From: an uncultured Acidimicrobiales bacterium
GTDB lineage: Bacteria > Actinomycetota > Acidimicrobiia > Acidimicrobiales > UBA10347
Direction: 5' to 3'
Length of the DNA stretch: 64,000 bases
Assembly (NCBI GenBank): GCA_963925805.1
Contig: CAWUSE010000005.1
Span: forward strand, 89,281-153,280
The notes under the pieces: generated by a model
What the model saw: only the letters and a program-made list of their open reading frames with translations
What the model was told of the DNA's origin: nothing
Databases searched by the model: none
Program-made: the position numbers and the translations under genes
Shown here: positions 40,903 to 49,953 of the stretch, in pieces
How positions within the stretch are numbered: position 1 is the first letter of the stretch
How the letters are laid out: every line of letters starts with the position of its first letter

Positions 40903-41388
40903 TTACGGGTGAAGGAGGACTTCGGCTTCGATCTCGACTGGCATACCAAATGGCAACGAACTCATGCCCACGGCGGAGCGTGAATGGCGTCCAACGTCGG
41001 GCCCGAACAGCTCAAGGATCAGGTCACTGAAGCCATTGATGACGGCTGGTTGTTGTCCGAAGTTGGGACCGCAACGAATCATGCCGAGTGCCTTGACCCA
41101 GTGGCTGATGCGATCGAGTGTGCCGAGTTCTCGCTGAAGTGATCCGAGCATGGACAACGCCACTAACCGGGCAGACTCGTAGGCCTGTTCAACAGTGACA
41201 TCGTGGCCCACGACGCCGAACGGCTCAGCAACCTTGCCGTCGGGGCCTTGCGGGCCGTGACCTGATGCGATTGCTCGATCGCCGCACACGTTGACGAATG
41301 CGAACGGCAACTTGACACCTGGGGGAACGACTATCTCGGGGGGCAGCGTTAGCCCCATTGCAGTAAGTCGGTCCTCAATTTGTCCCAT
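40903..41388 (-). CDS. RidA/YjgF family protein
   Basis: 161 aa with a YjgF-like fold pattern. The C-terminal GMPVEIEAEV is typical of RidA-family ends. Confidence 0.75.
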   Translation of the reverse strand: MGQIEDRLTAMGLTLPPEIVVPPGVKLPFAFVNVCGDRAIASGHGPQGPDGKVAEPFGVVGHDVTVEQAYESARLVALSMLGSLQRELGTLDRISHWVKALGMIRCGPNFGQQPAVINGFSDLILELFGPDVGRHSRSAVGMSSLPFGMPVEIEAEVLLHP

Positions 41389-41534
41389 CGCTCAACCCTA
41401 GTACCGCAACTGGCAACGTTTCCATGGGTGTGAGCGACACTCTGGTGCTACTGCCCTGGTTAGATGCTACTGCCCTCGTTCAGATCGCTCACTGTTACTG
41501 GCTGCAGCACTTCTCCCATGATGGCGGGTGAGGG

Positions 41535-42521
41535 TCAGCGAGACCCGCGGCTGATCATGGCTGCGCCACACAATATCAATGCCGTGCCGATGAGCTCGGT
41601 AGTACCGACTGATTCGTCGCGGATGAGAACACCCAGCACGATGGCCATGATCGGAACCAGATAACCGACTAGCGAGCTTCGAGGTGCGCCAACACGACCG
41701 GTCAAGGTCGCGAACAAGGATCGAGCAATGCCCGTGCAGAACACGCCGAGAACCACAATCGCAAGCGCGGGGCGCCATTCGAACGTAGATCGGGTGAGTC
41801 CCCACAAGCCCCAGGGCGCAAGCAGCACAGAACTAATGATCATTGCTCGCACCATCACCGCAGCGCCGCCATAAGCCTGGGCGAGGGGCGGCAGGAAGTT
41901 ATTGGAGATCGAATAGCCGGTTATGGCACACAAGACGAATAACAGGCCAAGTGGCTGGGCGTCGGAACCAGCCAGATTCGCGGCTGCAATGGTGATTGCA
42001 CCGCACAGACCGATGCCAAGGCCAACGATCTGGTTTCGTTCTGGTGCTTTGCGGAGCATGGCGACGGACATGAACAGCACCAGGATCGGCCCGACTGAGT
42101 TCAACATGCCAGCGACCGACGATTCGACTCGCTGCTGAGCAAGGGGGAAGAAGATGGCTGGTGCGGCGTTTCCGGCGATGGCGACAACCAAAAGCGCTGG
42201 CCATGTCGATCGAGGCATAGGTTGACGCGATGCTGGGACGAAGAGGAGAACGAGTGCGCCGAAGACCACACGAAATAAGGCGATGGATGCGGGATGAAAT
42301 GAGTCGAGGCCAATCGCGATCCAAAGAAATGACGATCCCCAGATGAGCGAGATGGTCAGTAGGAAGGCCCAGTCGGTCTGGCTGAAGTTCCCCTGGTTTG
42401 CACCCTGCGATGTAAATCGACTCGAAGCAGGCGCAGACACGAATAGGACGCTAACCAGTGCGTTCTGAAGATGGGTCCTATTGCTGAACATGGGTCGTAT
42501 TGCTAGTTGGTTTATCACCAC
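41535..42521 (-). CDS. DMT (EamA) family transporter; the start may be internal
   Basis: About 10 hydrophobic helices arranged as two EamA-like halves. Confidence 0.78.
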   Translation of the reverse strand: MVINQLAIRPMFSNRTHLQNALVSVLFVSAPASSRFTSQGANQGNFSQTDWAFLLTISLIWGSSFLWIAIGLDSFHPASIALFRVVFGALVLLFVPASRQPMPRSTWPALLVVAIAGNAAPAIFFPLAQQRVESSVAGMLNSVGPILVLFMSVAMLRKAPERNQIVGLGIGLCGAITIAAANLAGSDAQPLGLLFVLCAITGYSISNNFLPPLAQAYGGAAVMVRAMIISSVLLAPWGLWGLTRSTFEWRPALAIVVLGVFCTGIARSLFATLTGRVGAPRSSLVGYLVPIMAIVLGVLIRDESVGTTELIGTALILCGAAMISRGSR

Positions 42522-42683
42522 TGTCTTGCTGATGAACAGCGGTTCGCGCGGTCAGCCAACGTTGATATTCCGGATGCGGCTACCGCCGTTATCACCGAAG
42601 TCCAGTGTGAGTTCAACGGATGGAGTGGCGAACGTTTCGAACGCATCCTGGGCCGCTAAACCCAACTTATGGGGGAGGAGTTA

Positions 42684-44300
42684 TTATTTGCCGAGGAGTT
42701 CGGTGGCGAGGGCTCGTAGTTCGGGTTTGCGAACTTTGTTCGATGCCGTTAGCGGAAGATCATCGACGATAAACACATGGCGAGGAACCTTGTAGTTGGC
42801 CATGCACTCGCGGCACCACGCGATGAGTTCGTCAGGATCGGGGGCTCCTTGGGGGCTCGGCACGATGAACGCCGTGCCGACTTCACCCATACGATCGTCA
42901 GGCACACCGATTACCGCAGCCATACCCACTAACGGGTGCTCGATCAGCATGCGTTCGATTTCGGCGGGGTAGGCGTTGAAGCCGCCCATTATGAACATGT
43001 CTTTCATCCGGTCGGTGATGTCGATGTACCCCTGCTCGTCCATCACCGCAATATCACCGGTGTGTAGCCATCCATCGGCATCGATCGCTTCGGCTGTCTG
43101 TTCGGGTGCGTCCAGATAACCGGGGGTTACTTGGAAGCCGCGAACCCACAGTTCGCCTTCGACTCCTGGGGCGACGTCAACTCCCGATGGGTCGACAATA
43201 CGAAGCTCCACACCTGCCGCAGCACAGCCTGAGGTTGACGCAATGAGTTCTGGCGGGTCGCCTGGCCGGGTATAGGTAGCCAGGCCCGAGGTTTCGGTCA
43301 TGCCATAGGCCGTCACGATGGTTTCGAAGCCCAGGCGATCTCGCATTTCAATAATCATCTCGACTGGGATTGAGGCGGCGCCGGTCACACATGACCGCAG
43401 CGACGACACGTCGAATCGGGTTAGGTCCGGATGGTTAAGTAAGCCCTGGAACAATGCCGGTGGACCGGGGAACACAGCTACTTTTTCGCGCTCAATCGTA
43501 GCTAGTACGTCGCCGGCTTCATAGATCGCTACCGGCAGATTCACCGCGCCAAACATCAGGCACACGATCACACCAGAGTTGTAGCCGAAGGCGTGGAAAT
43601 ATGGATTCACCAGCAGATATGGGTCTCCTGGTTGCACCCCAAGTGCTTCGCCATAGGGGTAGAACACCCGGATGATGGCTCCACCCACTACCTGGACACC
43701 TTTGGGATGGCCAGTGGTGCCTGACGTGAACATGATCGCACCGACGTCGTCAGATTGGAACGCGTCGGTGCGGCGTTCAACTTCGATCTGATATTCAGCT
43801 GCGTTGGGACCATCGCCGAGCGTCAGGAAGTCATCAAAGTTAGTGGTTCCCAACGCTCCGCCGTTGCTCAAGTCGACCGTGACGTTCAGCTGTGGAACAT
43901 CTTGATTGGACAGCGAGTCGCTGTAGCTAGTGTCGAGGAAACCGTCGACCACAAACAGCATCTTCACCGAGGCTGCATTCAGCACATAGGCGGCCTCGTT
44001 TCCCTTAAACCGTGTGTTGATTGGCACCAGCACTGCGCCAGCTCGTGACACGGCAAGCCCAGCGACGACCCACTGCCAACAGTTTGGCGCCCATACGGCA
44101 ATCGTGTCGCCGGCCTGGATTCCTGATGCCACGAACGCCCGAGCGGCCTGGTCAATGCGGTCGCCGAGTTGTTGGTAGGTGAGGGTGACGGCGCCATCAC
44201 GAATGGCGTCGCGATCTGCGAAGTGAGTGGTTGACGCTCGAATTAGTTTTGGGATCGAAGCATTGTCTGGATCGAACCCCGGAATATCACTTTTGCCCAT
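42684..44300 (-). CDS. fatty-acid--CoA ligase (FadD-type); start at ATG 44300, not 44900
   Basis: MGKSDIPGFD... N-terminus, AMP-binding motif IMFTSGTTGHPKGV, GWLHTGD, and C-terminal NKVRK. The 200-codon upstream extension overlaps the convergent hydrolase gene and looks non-protein-like. Confidence 0.85.
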   Translation of the reverse strand: MGKSDIPGFDPDNASIPKLIRASTTHFADRDAIRDGAVTLTYQQLGDRIDQAARAFVASGIQAGDTIAVWAPNCWQWVVAGLAVSRAGAVLVPINTRFKGNEAAYVLNAASVKMLFVVDGFLDTSYSDSLSNQDVPQLNVTVDLSNGGALGTTNFDDFLTLGDGPNAAEYQIEVERRTDAFQSDDVGAIMFTSGTTGHPKGVQVVGGAIIRVFYPYGEALGVQPGDPYLLVNPYFHAFGYNSGVIVCLMFGAVNLPVAIYEAGDVLATIEREKVAVFPGPPALFQGLLNHPDLTRFDVSSLRSCVTGAASIPVEMIIEMRDRLGFETIVTAYGMTETSGLATYTRPGDPPELIASTSGCAAAGVELRIVDPSGVDVAPGVEGELWVRGFQVTPGYLDAPEQTAEAIDADGWLHTGDIAVMDEQGYIDITDRMKDMFIMGGFNAYPAEIERMLIEHPLVGMAAVIGVPDDRMGEVGTAFIVPSPQGAPDPDELIAWCRECMANYKVPRHVFIVDDLPLTASNKVRKPELRALATELLGK

Positions 44301-44366
44301 GCGGACGACACTAGAACGCCGGGCTTGGCCACCGCTAGAAGACCTGGGCACTACTAAGGTCGGTAC

Positions 44367-45155
44367 ATGGCAACAGTGACGGTGAACAACACACCCATCC
44401 GCTATGAAGACAGTGGCGGAGATGGGCCAGTGATCTTGTTCAGCCATGGGTTCTTGATGGACCACACTATGTTCGATGCCCAGGTCGCAGCCCTGGCAAG
44501 TGACTACCGATGTATTCGTTGGGACGAGCGAGGTTTTGGTGATACGCCATCTACTGGTGAGTTCAGTTACTGGGACTCGGCTGATGATGCGGTCGCCGTG
44601 CTCGACGCTTGTGGCGTTGACAAGGCAGTATTTGTTGGAATGAGTCAGGGTGGGTTCCTCTCTATCCGGGCAACGCTGACTCATCCTGGTCGGGTTCGAG
44701 CCTTGGTGTTGATTGATTCGTGTGCCGACGTCGACGATGCCGAAACAATCGAGGGTTATCACGGCATGCTGGCCGGTTTCACCGGCGGTGATCCAGCCAC
44801 GCAGCAAGCTGTAGCCGAAGGTGTTTCGAGACTGATCCTGGGCGATGAGACCCTGGCAGCCGAATGGATACCTCGGTGGCTCGCCAACCTTAAAAAACAT
44901 GATTTAAACGTGGCGGGTACAGCCTTGTTATCACGCGACGATGTGCAACCCCGCGCCGCTGAGATTACCTGCCCAGTGCTTGTGATTCATGGTGGTGACG
45001 ATCAGGCGATATCGGTCGATCGAGCCCACCTGTTTGCTGATGCCGTTGCCGACAGCCGCGGTGTAGTTGTCGTAGATGGTGCTGCCCATGCGCCGAACAT
45101 GAGCCATCCCGACATCGTGAACGACGCCCTCGCCGCTTTCTTGCAGACGGTCTGA
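44367..45155 (+). CDS. alpha/beta hydrolase
   Basis: HGFLMD oxyanion region, GMSQGG nucleophile elbow, and a C-terminal His (AAHAPN). Confidence 0.8.
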   Translation: MATVTVNNTPIRYEDSGGDGPVILFSHGFLMDHTMFDAQVAALASDYRCIRWDERGFGDTPSTGEFSYWDSADDAVAVLDACGVDKAVFVGMSQGGFLSIRATLTHPGRVRALVLIDSCADVDDAETIEGYHGMLAGFTGGDPATQQAVAEGVSRLILGDETLAAEWIPRWLANLKKHDLNVAGTALLSRDDVQPRAAEITCPVLVIHGGDDQAISVDRAHLFADAVADSRGVVVVDGAAHAPNMSHPDIVNDALAAFLQTV

Positions 45156-45159
45156 AGCT

Positions 45160-46557
45160 GTGATTCCTGAACCGATGGATGTAGTGGTCCGTAATGGCAT
45201 GGTGGTGACCGGTGGGTCAGAGGCCGTGACCGACGTCGGTATTCGAGACGGTGTCATCGTGCAGCTTGGGGGCGAGATGACTGGCACGACTGAACTCGAC
45301 GCGACCGATCGCTACGTCTTACCTGGTGGCATCGACGCGCACGTCCACCTGACGGCACCAGGCACGGGGCCCGATAGCTGGCGGTGGGTCGATGACTTCG
45401 AGGTCGGGACTCGGGCGGCTGCTGCTGGCGGGGTAACGACGGTTGGCAATATGTCGTTCCCACAGCCAGGTGAGCAGATGAAGGCTGGGCTCGAACGCGA
45501 TAACGCTGATGCTGATGCCAACGCGATCGTTGACTATTTCCAGCACACGGTTTTGTTGACACCCGACGACGAGGGCATCGCCCAGATCGAAGAGCTTGCC
45601 GCTGCGGGCCACCCGAGCATCAAGATATTTATGTCCTTCCGCCGCTTCGACCGTCACCTCGATGGGTACCTGCGAGCTATGCAGGCCGCGGCCGCGTCCG
45701 GAACCGTGGTGCTTGTGCATTGTGAAGATCCAGCGGTCATGAACTGCTGTGGGCATGCGCTCGACGAGGCTGGCCACACAGAGGCGGTCCACTTCCCGAA
45801 GTCTCGACCTGTCGAGGCTGAACGTATCGCGACCGAACGTGCAGTTGGTTACTGCGCTACAACAGGAGCCACAACCTACGTTGTTCACCTGTCGAGCGCA
45901 GCGGCACTCGAGGCATGCCGCAAGGCTCGGGCTCGCGGTCTGCCTGTGCATGTTGAGACACGTCCGATCTATCTGCACCTGAACGAGTCACGCTTCAGCG
46001 AACCTGACGGAGCCAAATACGCAGGAGCACCGCCGCTTCGCAGCGATGCCGACCGCGATGCACTGTGGGCAGGACTGAACGATGGCACGGTGAGCACGGT
46101 GTGTACCGACCATGCACCGTGGACACTTGATGAGAAACTGGATCCGACATTGACTGCTAGCGATCTCCGACATGGCATGGCCGAGCTCGAGACCCTGATG
46201 CCAGTGCTGTGGAGCGAAGGCGTAGCGACGGGCAGGATTTCGGTAGCCACGTTCGTGGAAGTCACCAGCACGACCGCGGCACGGCTCTTCGGCCTGTATC
46301 CCCGCAAGGGCACTATCGCTCCCGGCTCTGACGCCGACATCGTGATCTGGAACCCGAACGACACGCGCACGATCGACGGTTCAACCATGCATTCGAACGC
46401 TGGTTATTCGCCCTATGACGGCTGGCAGGTAACTGGCTGGCCCGAACTGACGATCAGCCGCGGCGAGATTATTGCCCGTGCCACCGAGACCGGCATTGAT
46501 GTGCTGGGCGCACCTGGCCGAGGCCGACTTGCCGAACGTAAGCGATTGGTCAGGTAG
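45160..46557 (+). CDS. dihydropyrimidinase / D-hydantoinase-type cyclic amidohydrolase
   Basis: Metal-binding motif PGGIDAHVHL, a later VHCED, and the amidohydrolase-fold TDHAP motif. Confidence 0.85.
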   Translation: MIPEPMDVVVRNGMVVTGGSEAVTDVGIRDGVIVQLGGEMTGTTELDATDRYVLPGGIDAHVHLTAPGTGPDSWRWVDDFEVGTRAAAAGGVTTVGNMSFPQPGEQMKAGLERDNADADANAIVDYFQHTVLLTPDDEGIAQIEELAAAGHPSIKIFMSFRRFDRHLDGYLRAMQAAAASGTVVLVHCEDPAVMNCCGHALDEAGHTEAVHFPKSRPVEAERIATERAVGYCATTGATTYVVHLSSAAALEACRKARARGLPVHVETRPIYLHLNESRFSEPDGAKYAGAPPLRSDADRDALWAGLNDGTVSTVCTDHAPWTLDEKLDPTLTASDLRHGMAELETLMPVLWSEGVATGRISVATFVEVTSTTAARLFGLYPRKGTIAPGSDADIVIWNPNDTRTIDGSTMHSNAGYSPYDGWQVTGWPELTISRGEIIARATETGIDVLGAPGRGRLAERKRLVR

Positions 46558-46727
46558 CGACCGCTGCGAGTAGCGCCACGAAATCAGGGTTAAATCCTCG
46601 CCTTCAGGTCGACTATTCCAGCGCGTAAACCAGGTCGACGTTTGCCCGAAACTTGACTATTTCGCAGGCATTCGAAGGCGTGCTTCCAACGGAGCCGCAA
46701 CACTTTTACAGTTGCCAGACGTTGCCT

Positions 46728-48392
<1,665 letters not shown>

Positions 48393-48577
48393 CAGACGTC
48401 GTTAGATCCGGGGAATAGGGGTTTAGAGAACAAAGGGTCAGAGGAAAATTCTGGCCTAGGTGTCCTCGACTACTCCTGGCATGTGCCGAGGATTCTCTGA
48501 TTTCAATTCTCATCGTCGAGTTTGCTGCCGGATGGGGCAGCTGAGCTCACATGGCGTTGTTGTTAGCCAACAGTGAC

Positions 48578-49279
48578 TCAGGTAAGGGCCAACAGGATTG
48601 TTGCTAGCTCTTCGGGCCGGTTCATTGGCACCATGTGATTGGTGGCAATCTCGTGATAGTTCCACGCAGGTGACGCGGCGGCGTATCGAGCTGCATTCCA
48701 GAAGGCGGAATTCTCAGCTTCGTCAGGATCATCACTGGCCTTAATGAATGTACGGGTGAAGTCCCAGTCTTCGAGGGGCTTGGACAACGCCGCCGGTTCG
48801 GTGAATGTGCCGATTGGTTGGTTGACGCGTCGAGCGTTTGACCAGGCGGTGGCTTCGGGCGTGTCGAGGTTACGAGGAATTGGGGGGATGGCCCAGCCGT
48901 CAACAGCGTTGCTAAGTAGCCCACCGACGGGCCCGCTGATGTCGACGATGCTCTGGCCGTCGGCAGGTACGAACGCGTCGAGGTAGACCAGATGGCGGAC
49001 CTTGTCGCCGATCTCGTCGAGTAGACCAGTGACAACCATGCCGCCGTAACTGAAACCAAGCAGGATGACGTCGTGGAGGTCTTCGCAGAAGATTGTGTTG
49101 CGTACGTCTTGCATGTGCAGGCTGAGCGTGACCTCGGGCCCCGCAAGATGGGAGCGCTCACCGATGCCGGTCAGACTCGGGGTGAAGACCTCGTGCCCGG
49201 CTGCTGCCAGAAGTGGACGGACTTTACGAAATCCATAGGATCCACCCCACGCACCATGAACCAAGACGATTTTTGCCAT
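48578..49279 (-). CDS. alpha/beta hydrolase (methylesterase-like)
   Basis: N-terminal VLVHGAWGG, a GFSYGG nucleophile elbow, and a C-terminal His (ATNHM). Confidence 0.75.
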   Translation of the reverse strand: MAKIVLVHGAWGGSYGFRKVRPLLAAAGHEVFTPSLTGIGERSHLAGPEVTLSLHMQDVRNTIFCEDLHDVILLGFSYGGMVVTGLLDEIGDKVRHLVYLDAFVPADGQSIVDISGPVGGLLSNAVDGWAIPPIPRNLDTPEATAWSNARRVNQPIGTFTEPAALSKPLEDWDFTRTFIKASDDPDEAENSAFWNAARYAAASPAWNYHEIATNHMVPMNRPEELATILLALT

Positions 49280-49386
49280 AAGGCTGAGGTTACTTCTAGA
49301 GCGGGGGTAAATTTGGTGTGGTTCGCGTGTGCGAAATTGTCCCGCGTGTACGCATTAGCTGGGTCGATGTAAGGAGATAGTGGCAG

Positions 49387-49953
49387 ATGCTCGGTTTGAT
49401 CCTAAATGTGGTGGAAGAAGTAATAGTTGATTTGTTCGACGAAGACGCGTGGGATGATGTCATCGAGAACGCAGGTGTTTCAGGCGCATACACGGCGGTC
49501 GGATATTACGACGACGCGGATGTATGGGCGATTATTGGGGCTGTAGGGGTACTGCTCGGTCTAGATGGGTCAGAGACGTTGCGAGTTGCCGGAAGGCATA
49601 TGTTGCCAAGGCTTGCAACGCGTATACCCAAGACCGTGGAGCGCTTCACAACAGCCAGTGATTTCCTTACCTCGATAAACAGCATCATTCACCCTGAAGT
49701 GGAACTGTTGTACCCGAATTCGGTGCCACCTGTTTTTGGCTTTGAGGAAGATGAGGGTTGGATTCTGGTTCGTTATCGGTCTCATCGAGGTTTTTCTTAC
49801 CTGGCCGAAGGCTTCATCTTGGGATGCGCAGATCTTTTTGGGGAGGAAGTCGAGTTGCACGTTGTTGCCGGTTCTGTGGCGACCGACGCTCAATTCCGTG
49901 TCCAATTTTCAACTCCTCGGGCTCAGGAGTTACCGAAGGGCGGGACGGGGTGA
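49387..49953 (+). CDS. H-NOX (haem NO/O2-binding, HNOB) sensor protein
   Basis: 188 aa. Proximal-His motif SIIHPEV (His102), YP (Pro110) and Y-x-S-x-R (RYRSHR, residues 130-134) sit at H-NOX positions. A good AAGGAGA RBS lies 9 nt upstream. Confidence 0.85.
   Translation: MLGLILNVVEEVIVDLFDEDAWDDVIENAGVSGAYTAVGYYDDADVWAIIGAVGVLLGLDGSETLRVAGRHMLPRLATRIPKTVERFTTASDFLTSINSIIHPEVELLYPNSVPPVFGFEEDEGWILVRYRSHRGFSYLAEGFILGCADLFGEEVELHVVAGSVATDAQFRVQFSTPRAQELPKGGTG

Noticed and set aside
44301-44900. 200-codon upstream extension of the FadD-type ligase ORF
   Set aside because: It overlaps the convergently placed alpha/beta-hydrolase gene and lacks any AMP-binding family N-terminal features. MGKSDIPGF at ATG 44300 matches family starts.
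49758-49949. ORF-track N-terminal extension of the GGDEF-EAL gene (start 49758)
   Set aside because: The extension overlaps the 3' third of the H-NOX gene in another frame and reads as Arg/Cys/Ser-rich non-protein-like text. GTG 49950, overlapping the H-NOX stop, is the natural coupled start.
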